This document shows positions 28,709-38,193 of a stretch of 64,000 nucleotides of DNA, one piece after another. The notes under the pieces were generated by a model that was not told the DNA's origin, searched no databases, and saw nothing but the letters and a program-made list of their open reading frames with translations. The stretch is taken from assembly GCA_016840035.1 (NCBI GenBank), contig JAEOTC010000154.1:8952-72951 (forward strand). Reading direction: 5' to 3'. Source of the stretch: Candidatus Hodarchaeota archaeon (GTDB taxonomy: Archaea; Asgardarchaeota; Heimdallarchaeia; Hodarchaeales; Hodarchaeaceae). The position numbers and the translations under genes were made by a program. How positions within the stretch are numbered: the stretch's first letter is position 1; each line of letters begins with the position of its first letter.

Positions 28709-29122
28709 ATGAATTTAATGAGACGAACCGTCGAAAACGAATTACATGAATTAAAGGGTGTATTTCCAGGTTTAACACGTAAGGATTTCTATTATTTAGA
28801 CAATGGAAATATTGCGGTTCAAGTCAAGTATGCAACAACTGGACAGTACGCCCACGGTACATTCACCGTGCTCATTGAATTTCCCCATAATTATCCGAAC
28901 GCTCCTCCGCGAGCATGGATTATGGAACCAAATATTTCAAGTCGTACACACCACATATACGGTCGGGATGAATACGGACATACTGAAATCTGTTATCTTC
29001 GTCCTCAGAAAGACTGGCACTTCACATTTACCTCTTATGATGCTGCAATCATGATTCAGACTTGGATTTGGGCTTATTGTCGATGGCGTAAGGTTGGTAT
29101 TTGGGATTGGAAGGAAGCCTAG
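28709..29122 (+). CDS. Ubiquitin-conjugating E2 (UBC-fold) protein, paralogue 2
   Basis: VLIEFPHNYPNAPP, HHIY, ICYL (Cys95); gap-free alignment to paralogue 1. Confidence 0.85.
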   Translation: MNLMRRTVENELHELKGVFPGLTRKDFYYLDNGNIAVQVKYATTGQYAHGTFTVLIEFPHNYPNAPPRAWIMEPNISSRTHHIYGRDEYGHTEICYLRPQKDWHFTFTSYDAAIMIQTWIWAYCRWRKVGIWDWKEA

Positions 29123-29260
29123 CTTATCATATACTGAGATTAGTATTCTTGATAGATAAATGACCTTTTGGTTTCATCTACCAAATTATTCTGCTATTTA
29201 AGTAAAAATAGAATTAAGGAAGTTTAAAATAACTAAGGGCATATTTTTATTTCCTGAGGA

Positions 29261-30118
29261 TTGCTGATGAAGGAAAAACGTAAATTCGGAAAAATTATGA
29301 CTACTACGATATTTCTTTTCTTAATTTTCAATGTGATTTATTCTCATCAAGTTGGTGCTTTCGATGCTTCTCATTTTCAAATTGGAATTAATATTGGTGA
29401 CACCCATACTTTGGAAATTTACTATATGTACGCTCCAGACTCCCCATTAGAAAGCGGAGCAAAAATGTACTACAATGTCACTAATATTACTGTGGATACC
29501 TGTTATATTACAGAAACCATATTTTTTGCTAATGGTTCTTTATACCAGATACAAGACTATAATGATTCTCGAAGTGCTATTAATATGCCATTTTTCTATA
29601 CCACTATCAATGTTAGTCTTCTATATGAGAACTTTATGGCACCTGATTATTTTGTCTCAGTTGATTCAGAATTTATTTACATAGAACAATATACTAATTC
29701 ATCTGGACTCGTAACTGATGGAATTTATACTTTTCATGCAGCGACAGGATGGCTATATTCCTATGTAATGACAATGACCAACGATGGGACTCTCATGATG
29801 GAGATAGATATGAGAGATATCAACTATGATGAACCAGTAACCACAACTACAATACCGTTTACAACGACTACTGACCCAGAAACCTCAACTGAATATTCAA
29901 CATCAACAACTGAATATCCGACAACAACAGTCGAGGAAACAACCACTAGTGATGCTGAGACAACAGAAGAACCCACATCTGACGATTCAGATACAACCAG
30001 TGAGGAGAAAACCACATCTTTACCCACTACAATCCCAAGTATAAGTCCAAGTTCAGGAATTGTCAGCCTAGTAGTCATTGGAATCTTAGGTTTTGTTAAT
30101 AGAAGAAAGAGAGGATAA
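29261..30118 (+). CDS. Secreted surface protein with Thr/Ser/Glu-rich stalk and C-terminal anchor
   Basis: Signal peptide, TTT-rich linker, TM helix plus RRKR. Confidence 0.8.
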   Translation: MLMKEKRKFGKIMTTTIFLFLIFNVIYSHQVGAFDASHFQIGINIGDTHTLEIYYMYAPDSPLESGAKMYYNVTNITVDTCYITETIFFANGSLYQIQDYNDSRSAINMPFFYTTINVSLLYENFMAPDYFVSVDSEFIYIEQYTNSSGLVTDGIYTFHAATGWLYSYVMTMTNDGTLMMEIDMRDINYDEPVTTTTIPFTTTTDPETSTEYSTSTTEYPTTTVEETTTSDAETTEEPTSDDSDTTSEEKTTSLPTTIPSISPSSGIVSLVVIGILGFVNRRKRG

Positions 30119-30304
30119 ATAATTATCAAGTCTGCGTAGAAACCCAATCTATCCAGTCTTTTTTCTTATTTCTTTTTAAATCTAATTTTATTGAATATTG
30201 TATTTGAGAATTTCTCCCATTTTCTCCCTTTTTCATCAATGCATCGGCCGAAATCCTATAAATGTACTATCAGTAAACGCCTAATATAGGAGGATCCTAC
30301 GCTA

Positions 30305-31264
30305 ATGAATATCCAAGAAGCTGTTGAAGCTTGTGATTCAATTTTAACCGAGATTAAGAAATTTATTATCGGGAAAGATGATGTTTTAAAGCATGTTATG
30401 TTGTGTTTACTCGCAGATGGTCATATTCTATTTGAAGATTATCCAGGATTAGCTAAAACAATGATTTCTAGATCATTTGCTTCTGTTCTTGGATGTGACT
30501 TTAATAGAATCCAATTCACCCCAGATCTACTCCCTGCTGATCTTACTGGATCTGAAATTTACAATCAAAAATCAAACGACTTTGAATTTAAACCAGGTCC
30601 CTTGTTCGCTGATATTATATTAGCAGATGAAATTAATCGCGCTACTCCTAAGACTCAAAGTGCCCTATTAGAAGCAATGGGAGAATATCAAGTTTCTATT
30701 GGTGGTAAGACATATGAACTGATCAGCACGGAAAAACCATTTTTAGTAATCGCAACGCAAAATCCACTAGAGTTAGAGGGAACTTTTGCTCTTCCTGAGG
30801 CTCAAGTTGATCGATTTCTAGCTAAAGTCAGAGTAGGCTATCCTTCCAAATCAGACGAGGCAAAAATCCTTACTAATAGAATAAATCGGAAACAAAAGTT
30901 ATTTTCATTACCACAAATTATAACGAAGAAAACCTTTCGAGAAATGCAGAAAGCAGTTGAGATTATTTCCGTATCTGATGAATTGAAGGATTATATTGTT
31001 GATATCGTTAATTATACTCGACACGCTCCACAAGTTCGAGTAGGAGCTTCTCCAAGAGGATCTCTAGATCTAATGTCTTTAGCACGTGCAAACGCGTTAC
31101 TAGATGGTCGTGACTACGTTATACCGCAGGATGTTAAAGAGTTAGCTTCGCTCACATTATCTCATAGAATTATTTTGGATGTTGGATCTTATATCGCAGG
31201 TGCATCGTCTGAAGAGATAATTACAAGGATTTTAACGAAAGTTAAGGCTCCTAGGAAAGAATAA
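30305..31264 (+). CDS. moxR: MoxR-family AAA+ ATPase
   Basis: EDYPGLAKT, RIQFTPDLLPAD, ADEINRA, ATQNP, LPEAQVDRF, GASPR. Confidence 0.95.
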   Translation: MNIQEAVEACDSILTEIKKFIIGKDDVLKHVMLCLLADGHILFEDYPGLAKTMISRSFASVLGCDFNRIQFTPDLLPADLTGSEIYNQKSNDFEFKPGPLFADIILADEINRATPKTQSALLEAMGEYQVSIGGKTYELISTEKPFLVIATQNPLELEGTFALPEAQVDRFLAKVRVGYPSKSDEAKILTNRINRKQKLFSLPQIITKKTFREMQKAVEIISVSDELKDYIVDIVNYTRHAPQVRVGASPRGSLDLMSLARANALLDGRDYVIPQDVKELASLTLSHRIILDVGSYIAGASSEEIITRILTKVKAPRKE

Positions 31265-31266
31265 GG

Positions 31267-32151
31267 TTGATTTCGAAAAGGATTAACCCCCTAAAACGAA
31301 AAGAGATTATTCTCATCGTATTCTTACTCTTTAGTTTAGCGATATTTCAAATTACAATGGAATTAATTCATGGGAGAAGACAGGAAAGTCCAATCTTGAG
31401 GGTAAATTTTCCTTTTTTCGAATTATTTGCAATAGCGATTCCACTTTTCCTTTTGATTTGGATTCTCTTCAAGCTAGAGTTTCCTTTCCGTATATTTAAG
31501 CCCCTTTCAATTTGGGCTGTCTCGATGTTACTTATAATTGTTGTGACTTCATTTCTAACCAATGCTAATTATTCCCCAGGAAATTTTAATCCTGGTAACA
31601 CAACTACTATCGATACTACAATGATACCGCAGACCCTAACCAACCCCGAAACTGTCCTAACAGAATCCATTCCAGAACATATTGTACGGGATCCTCTTTT
31701 TAATTTGCCAGTTTTGCAGGATGTCCGGAATTTGTTACTTGTTTTTCTTATTCTAATATCTACTATCATAATTATTCGAACAGAAAGGAGAAAATCTATT
31801 AAGCAGTCTAAAGAGTCAGAGTCGGCCGAAAACGGTCAAAAGATACCCAAGGAGTTTGAAGGAGGACTAAAAAATATAATTGAATGCTATTATCAGACTT
31901 CGGATCACTTAGAAGGTCAGGGCGCGGATGATTCAGATCATTTAACTCCAAAAGAATTTCAGAACGATGTAAGTATTAGGCAATTAACTTCTGAAAATGA
32001 CTTCAATGATCTAACAAGCCTTTTTAATGAGGCTAAATTTTCAGAACATGATATTTCAGCGGATTCAGTCCAAAGAGCTAAATTTCTCTCCCAGAAAATC
32101 ATCTTTCAATCTTCTCACACAGAATTTGAACGAATGGAGGAAGAAGAATGA
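31267..32151 (+). CDS. Membrane protein with DUF4129-like C-terminal domain
   Basis: TM helices; TPKEF...LTSLFNEAKFS motif; in the MoxR operon. Confidence 0.75.
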   Translation: MISKRINPLKRKEIILIVFLLFSLAIFQITMELIHGRRQESPILRVNFPFFELFAIAIPLFLLIWILFKLEFPFRIFKPLSIWAVSMLLIIVVTSFLTNANYSPGNFNPGNTTTIDTTMIPQTLTNPETVLTESIPEHIVRDPLFNLPVLQDVRNLLLVFLILISTIIIIRTERRKSIKQSKESESAENGQKIPKEFEGGLKNIIECYYQTSDHLEGQGADDSDHLTPKEFQNDVSIRQLTSENDFNDLTSLFNEAKFSEHDISADSVQRAKFLSQKIIFQSSHTEFERMEEEE

Positions 32152-32747
32152 CTTTAGTAGATGAACTTCTTAAATATCTGTTCTCATTCAATTTTTATAT
32201 TTTTTTATGGATCCTATTAGTTATTCTGACCTTCTTTCTTCTAAGAAGGCTTCTTAGTGATTATAAACATAAAAAGATGGTTGAAAATTCAAGAAAACTT
32301 TTTGAATCTGAAAATCCCGATATGAGACTATCTGAAATCCAGTTTTATTTAGAGAGAGAAAACAATTTATTGGAAGAACGCTTTAAAAAGGGCAAAACAG
32401 AACTGAAAGATGATTCAGCAAAAAATAGTTTGTTGTTTCGAAGAATGTTTAGCCTCACAAACTCCCAAACTCCTAAGAGAGAGTTTGTTTTCCTATTAGC
32501 CTCTGAAATGAATAAAGTACGGAAAAGAAAAGAATTTTTGACTGATTCTCTAAGCTATGAGCTTAGTACATTTATTGATAATCCTGAAGACTGGGCTGAA
32601 CGTTTTATTATCTTTACGCCTGACAAAAACCAACAAATCGCACAAAACCTCAAAGTCAGGGAGCTATTGCATGAATATCTGCATGAATTCATTGAAGTTA
32701 TGCAAATCCCCGAATTAAAGTTCTTTTCACTATTAAAACAGTCGTGA
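32148..32747 (+). CDS. Hypothetical membrane-anchored protein (MoxR operon)
   Basis: N-terminal TM helix; overlaps the upstream gene by 4 nt. Confidence 0.65.
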   Translation: MTLVDELLKYLFSFNFYIFLWILLVILTFFLLRRLLSDYKHKKMVENSRKLFESENPDMRLSEIQFYLERENNLLEERFKKGKTELKDDSAKNSLLFRRMFSLTNSQTPKREFVFLLASEMNKVRKRKEFLTDSLSYELSTFIDNPEDWAERFIIFTPDKNQQIAQNLKVRELLHEYLHEFIEVMQIPELKFFSLLKQS

Positions 32748-32756
32748 GATCATTCC

Positions 32757-34043
32757 ATGAACAATTACAAACAGATTTTATTCTTAACAACATCGTTACT
32801 AATAATAATTCTGCTTTCTTTGTTAACAGGAGTATCTGCTTTGACGGGAATCGCTTTACCAGTTTTATGTTATATTTTCTTCTTTCTACTGACTGAAGAA
32901 GTGGATATTGAACCGATCAAAGTATCAAGAATAATTTCATCTGATCGGGGTACTATAGGAGAAGAGATTGAAGTAACTTTAGTTATCAATAATACCGGGT
33001 CTGCTATCCCTCTTCTTGAGATTGTAGATTTAATTGATGATAAATGCACCATTTCTGCCGGTAGTAATCATTTGCAGGTTCAAATAGAGAAGAACCAGAC
33101 TATTGAGCGGAAATATTCATTGAAACTCCACCATAGGGGGAGGTACAAGCTGGGCCCTATCTTTCTAAAGGGAAGTGATCTTTTCGACAAAAAAACCAGT
33201 TACAGAGGAATCGATTTGGTTCAAGAAGTCACGTGTGTTCCTACTTTTATAAAACTTCAAACCCTCCCCATCTCGCGTGAGAAATTAGTTCCTCTGGGTG
33301 GATCAATTCCTTCGCGGATCTATAAAGGAAGAGATTTTGAATTTCAAGGAATTCGTCCGTATCAACCCAGTGATGAATTACGTTCAATTAATTGGAGGGT
33401 CACTGCAAAATATAATACATTAGCCACAAATGAGTATGCTCTAAATCAACAATCCCATATCACCATATTACTTGATCACACCCTGTCAACAGAACATCTA
33501 CTAGAAGTTTCAATAAAAGCAACACTTTCTATCGCAGAGTGGGGAATTCGACAGAGATCAAAAGTTGAACTGATTGCAATTGGAGATTATGTTATGTATC
33601 TTAAACCATCTGCGGATAAACGACAACTTCTATTAATTACTGAACGTTTGATTGATCTAGAGGCAATTTCTCCCCAATCAAAAGAGATATTAGAAGCCCG
33701 GATCAAAAACCGTGTTTATCACCGTCTGAATCATCCAGGAATGCTCTTCATAATCTCTCCCCTTTTAGATAAGACAATCAATGCATCTTGTAAAAAGATT
33801 ATAGAGTCACGAAATCGGGTAGTATGGGTCAACCCAACTCTCGATCGTGAATATGAACATATAAATTTGAAGAAATTATCCAAAAACCTCTCAAAGGAAA
33901 GAATTGAGGGATTTACGAATGTTCTTACTACACTTGTGAAAGTTAATACGATCTTTGATTTTGAAAAAGTCCCTAGATTCAATTGGTATCCAGAAGGCCC
34001 TGATTATGCGTCCTTGGGATCTCTGAAAAAGGTGAGCGTTTAA
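32757..34043 (+). CDS. DUF58 family (vWA-like) protein
   Basis: RGRYKLGP, EFQGIRPYQPSDELRSINWRVTAK. Confidence 0.88.
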   Translation: MNNYKQILFLTTSLLIIILLSLLTGVSALTGIALPVLCYIFFFLLTEEVDIEPIKVSRIISSDRGTIGEEIEVTLVINNTGSAIPLLEIVDLIDDKCTISAGSNHLQVQIEKNQTIERKYSLKLHHRGRYKLGPIFLKGSDLFDKKTSYRGIDLVQEVTCVPTFIKLQTLPISREKLVPLGGSIPSRIYKGRDFEFQGIRPYQPSDELRSINWRVTAKYNTLATNEYALNQQSHITILLDHTLSTEHLLEVSIKATLSIAEWGIRQRSKVELIAIGDYVMYLKPSADKRQLLLITERLIDLEAISPQSKEILEARIKNRVYHRLNHPGMLFIISPLLDKTINASCKKIIESRNRVVWVNPTLDREYEHINLKKLSKNLSKERIEGFTNVLTTLVKVNTIFDFEKVPRFNWYPEGPDYASLGSLKKVSV

Positions 34044-34045
34044 CA

Positions 34046-34642
34046 ATGAAATTATCAACAAAATTAATGATGAGTAGGTTACTATTACTGACTACTTGGT
34101 TACCTTATGGATATTTCCCTCTCTTCATTGATCTAAGTAACTACATCTGGGTTCGTGGTTCTGGGCAACTCTCTGTACTGCTTGCTGAAGCATTTTTAAT
34201 TGCATTAGGAGTTATTGGAGTTTATGGTATTCTCTCATTCAATAAAAAGTATTATTCCAAAGAAATAGGACTCATAATCCTACTATTTGGAATTGTTACA
34301 AATCTACAAACTTCCATACTAGCAGCTTTGAATATTACATTGGTCTTCTTTTTCTGGAACATTTGGGCTTTAGGAGAAAAATATGACCAATTGAATCGTG
34401 AGTACAATTATCCAGTCGATAGTGTTGACAGGCGAGACATTAATGTGGCTTATCAAAGACAACTCCAAGGGTTTTTCATTATCGGATGGTTAATCTTTCT
34501 AGGATCTATCTTGATCATTTTTATCACAGAAAGATTAGTTATAGACTTTGGTACAACGATGACAATATCTGTATTCTTAGGTGCGATCATAATTCTACTA
34601 ATTCTACTTGCGGAACGTCTAGCTATTCTGCCAAAATTCTAG
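34046..34642 (+). CDS. Hypothetical multi-pass membrane protein
   Basis: Hydrophobic ORF, 2 nt after the DUF58 gene. Confidence 0.65.
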   Translation: MKLSTKLMMSRLLLLTTWLPYGYFPLFIDLSNYIWVRGSGQLSVLLAEAFLIALGVIGVYGILSFNKKYYSKEIGLIILLFGIVTNLQTSILAALNITLVFFFWNIWALGEKYDQLNREYNYPVDSVDRRDINVAYQRQLQGFFIIGWLIFLGSILIIFITERLVIDFGTTMTISVFLGAIIILLILLAERLAILPKF

Positions 34643-34734
34643 TTTTCTCTTCCTGAAGTTTAGTTATATTTTTATCAGAATAGCTTTGGGTTATAGGTAA
34701 TCTCATTGGGTGAATGACTTAGTAGGTTTTTAGA

Positions 34735-36108
34735 ATGTCTTGGTTATTAGAAAAAGTAAGTGAATTCCAAGTCCTTGCTTATGTGCAAACAGAAGAAGGG
34801 AAGTTAACTCTTTCACGGCATAAATTACTCATTTTAGTGATGTATATAGGAGCTTTTTTACTCACATTCCTTCATTTTGTCAACCTTTCCCCTCAAGTGG
34901 TTCAGGAGATTAAAACTGCATCCATCGAAGGTAATACCATCACCATTCCCTCTTCCTCTCGATTAGGATTAGCTATGCTCTTTTATATCTATATTTCACT
35001 TATTGCTTTTATTACTATGTTCAAAAGTGGATCTGTTCCGAACTTTTTCACCCGTCCTAGATTTCCTGAAATGAGAAGACGCTATAAAATTTTAACTGTA
35101 CTTTTAGTCTTTATTTTTATTAATACGATTTTATTTGTTATTATCGTTGCTCTTTTCTGGTCTTCGATAGTAATAATCTTTGCTGGTCCAGTCTTGTACG
35201 TCCTCTGGACAGTTTTAGAACCATTCTTCCTCTTAAGTGGACTGATGGCAATCATAAGAATTATTGAGGCGGATTACCCCCAATCTGGATTCTCTTCTAG
35301 GGGAAAGCGTTCTCTTCTTCTAGTTTTTATCCTAGGATATTTAACCCCTATTATTTTCACAATATTTCTCATTATAACTGCCACAGGTACAGAATTCAGT
35401 GAAATAAGTCTTTTTGGGCAGACCTTCTCCTTCTACATTCCTGCAGTTGACTCTTTTTCACGAACATTCACCTCTGTCCTTTCAATAACAATTCTCTTTC
35501 TCGTTGTTTGGTGGCTAAAAGATCGATTTAGAGGCCCTTCCTCTGTCCGTGAGAGGAAGAAAGGTATGTTACCTTGGTTTCTAGGATTAACGTTGGTTTT
35601 AATCATAATAACAGTCGTTCCACTAATTGCCTCAACTCGAGGTTCACTTCAAGATCTTACAAGTATCCTTGATTTACTTGGATTGTTTACTGCAGTAATT
35701 ATGGGAGTGTGGAATGCGGTAGGTGTGGAAAGAGTAGTTGAACCTTTACGAGGGATAAAACGATTAAATCCTCTTGAGTATATCAGCCGATTACATCCAT
35801 ACACAAAAGCTCTATTTCTTCTGATCATTTCTATGTTTGCTTTCTATTCTTCAATCGAAAGTAGTACAATCGCTTTTATAACAGACAATCCAGATGAATT
35901 GAAACTTCAGAAATTAAACTTACTCGCAGCTTTTGTGGGTACTGCTTATCTGATAATACTATGGAGATATAAAGGACAACCTCGTTCAACCACACCTGGA
36001 TTACTTAGAAGTACACAACATCAACTAGAAGGAGGAATATCAAGGATTCGTTCATATATAAGTGGAGAAACTCCGTCTCCTATTCATCAATCAATCGAAG
36101 AAGAGTAA
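34735..36108 (+). CDS. Hypothetical polytopic membrane protein (about 10 TM)
   Basis: 457-aa ORF with many hydrophobic segments; no recognised family. Confidence 0.7.
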   Translation: MSWLLEKVSEFQVLAYVQTEEGKLTLSRHKLLILVMYIGAFLLTFLHFVNLSPQVVQEIKTASIEGNTITIPSSSRLGLAMLFYIYISLIAFITMFKSGSVPNFFTRPRFPEMRRRYKILTVLLVFIFINTILFVIIVALFWSSIVIIFAGPVLYVLWTVLEPFFLLSGLMAIIRIIEADYPQSGFSSRGKRSLLLVFILGYLTPIIFTIFLIITATGTEFSEISLFGQTFSFYIPAVDSFSRTFTSVLSITILFLVVWWLKDRFRGPSSVRERKKGMLPWFLGLTLVLIIITVVPLIASTRGSLQDLTSILDLLGLFTAVIMGVWNAVGVERVVEPLRGIKRLNPLEYISRLHPYTKALFLLIISMFAFYSSIESSTIAFITDNPDELKLQKLNLLAAFVGTAYLIILWRYKGQPRSTTPGLLRSTQHQLEGGISRIRSYISGETPSPIHQSIEEE

Positions 36109-36135
36109 TTTTCAAACCGCTTGATATCTCTTGGA

Positions 36136-36726
36136 TCACTTTTTCTTAGAAATTGTAAGATATGTTCCATTATCGACGAAAGCTTGTCTAAGAATGTGCA
36201 AATTCGCTTTTCTATGTAATCTACGCATTTCTTTTGGTGTAAAAAACTTTGAACCCATCCAAAAGAATTTTTCCATGGATTTGATATAGTGGCCTAAAGC
36301 TCGTGATGGATCAAATTCAACTATCACAGAAAAGCCCTTCTTCGGTTCAAGAACTCTTTCAACTTCTCGTAATCCTTCTAATTGATTGTCCCAGTGATGG
36401 AGAGAGTCAATCGCAATTACTCGATCAAAATGTATGCCATCTTTAAATGGCAAATTTTCAGCATAACCCAGAACAGGTTTTGCTGTAGGAAATTTTTGTA
36501 TTGCTTGTTGAAGCATGGGTTGAGAGGGATCTAATAACCATACTCGTCGTGCTAATGCAATTATGGATGCAATACTTCTTCCAGTTCCTGCTCCAATTTC
36601 TAGGACACGTTCTTGTCCAGTTAAATTAAGGGATTCAACAATACTCTTTGTAGGGTCATCTCTTATGATGAAGTCGTAGAGTGGGCTAATTAAATCGAAA
36701 AAACGTTTAGGAATCCTTATTACCAT
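36136..36726 (-). CDS. Class I SAM-dependent methyltransferase (UbiE-like)
   Basis: VLEIGAGTG, AENLPF, FDRV..SLHHW, RVLEP. Confidence 0.85.
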   Translation of the reverse strand: MVIRIPKRFFDLISPLYDFIIRDDPTKSIVESLNLTGQERVLEIGAGTGRSIASIIALARRVWLLDPSQPMLQQAIQKFPTAKPVLGYAENLPFKDGIHFDRVIAIDSLHHWDNQLEGLREVERVLEPKKGFSVIVEFDPSRALGHYIKSMEKFFWMGSKFFTPKEMRRLHRKANLHILRQAFVDNGTYLTISKKK

Positions 36727-36764
36727 CCAAAAGAGGAGTGAATTCTGAATAAAACCTTAGATTT

Positions 36765-38081
36765 TTACTCAGATTTAGTAGTTTCTAGTAAGCGATCAGT
36801 AACTCTCTGAGCTTCATCTTTAATCTTTTCGATGTCTAATGTCATGAATTTACCCTCATGATAAACGATTGACCCATCGACAACAGTCATAACTACATTG
36901 TCACGACCAATTGCATAACAAAGATGACTTACAGGATCGATTACAGGTGTAGTTGCTGGAGAATCAAGATCTAGAACTATAAGGTCTGCTCGCGTGTTTT
37001 CAAGCAAGGTTCCCGAGTAACTATTCTGGGGAAAGAGAGCACTTGCATTGCTAGTAGTCATTTTCACCACATCTGTAGAAGTAACAACTGTCGAATCTTT
37101 ATGGAAAGCTTTCTGAATTAATGCTTCAAAGGACATCTCTTCAAACATATCTAGCTTATTGTTGCTAGCTTGACCATCTGTGGCTAAGCATATATTAATT
37201 CCTTCCTTAAGAAAACGAGGCGTATCAGCTACGCCAGTACCAATCTTTGCGTTGCTTTTGGGACAATGTAAGGCATTAACGTTGTATTTCTTGAGTATTT
37301 CATACTCTCCATCTGAAAGATGAACACAGTGAGCTGCACTGTTAATTGTATCAAGAACACCAATTTTTTCCATGTATTCAATAGGTCTAAGAGAATGAGT
37401 CTTTTGCGATTCATTGACTTCATATTCGGTCTCATTCAAATGAGTATGAATTGTTGTTCCTCTATCTCTTGCTTCGTCGGCAATAGTTTGTAACCAATCT
37501 TTCCCTACTGTATAGGGAGCATGAGGACCAAATGAAATCCACAAACGGTTATTATCACCATTCCATTTGTCATGAACCGATTTTGCATGGTTAAAGGCCT
37601 CTTCCATGGTATTTGATTCAGGATTTCCGGTGAAGAATATACTGGGTGCCAGAACAGCTTTAATTCCAGTTTCGTGAACTGCTTGTGCGATTTGATCTGA
37701 ATAGAAATATTGATCATTAAACCCAACAGTCCCACTGGCAAACATTTCAGCAATACCTAACATAGATCCCCAGTACGCATCTTTAGGCCGTAAATGGGGT
37801 TCAATGCTCCAAATATACTCCAACCATGTTTGAAGTGGTTTATTTTCAGATATTCCTCTCTGTAAAGTCATAGGAATGTGAGTATGTGCATTAACTAATC
37901 CTGGGATGATTAATCCTTTCTCGTAATTATAATACTCATGTCCTGATTGCTTCACACTTTCTGGACTTTTCCTTTGGCCAGAATAAACAATTCTATCTCC
38001 CTCGACAATTATCCGCCCATCAGTGATAAGCTTACCAGAATGAGGATAGTAAAGCCATTTACCATCTATTACTAAGTCCAT
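36765..38081 (-). CDS. Amidohydrolase, MTA/SAH deaminase-like
   Basis: PGLVNAHTH, GPHAPYT, HTHLNET, AAHCVHL, HCPKSN, ATDGQASNN. Confidence 0.88.
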   Translation of the reverse strand: MDLVIDGKWLYYPHSGKLITDGRIIVEGDRIVYSGQRKSPESVKQSGHEYYNYEKGLIIPGLVNAHTHIPMTLQRGISENKPLQTWLEYIWSIEPHLRPKDAYWGSMLGIAEMFASGTVGFNDQYFYSDQIAQAVHETGIKAVLAPSIFFTGNPESNTMEEAFNHAKSVHDKWNGDNNRLWISFGPHAPYTVGKDWLQTIADEARDRGTTIHTHLNETEYEVNESQKTHSLRPIEYMEKIGVLDTINSAAHCVHLSDGEYEILKKYNVNALHCPKSNAKIGTGVADTPRFLKEGINICLATDGQASNNKLDMFEEMSFEALIQKAFHKDSTVVTSTDVVKMTTSNASALFPQNSYSGTLLENTRADLIVLDLDSPATTPVIDPVSHLCYAIGRDNVVMTVVDGSIVYHEGKFMTLDIEKIKDEAQRVTDRLLETTKSE

Positions 38082-38193
38082 GATCGAGCTATGGACTCAG
38101 GATTATTTTCTCTTCATAAGATGTATGTGACATTTTTGCCTCTTTCTTCTTGTTTAAAAAAGCTTGAGAATTATGTGAACTAAATTTTATTGG

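Noticed and set aside
29840-30030. ACA/ACT-rich low-complexity DNA as a tandem repeat
   Set aside because: Explained by the Thr-rich protein stalk; the same holds at ~41410-41470
30305-34642. MoxR-DUF4129-DUF58 operon as part of the conjugation system
   Set aside because: A common stand-alone archaeal operon, separated from the E2 genes by a surface-protein gene and T-rich terminator-like tracts
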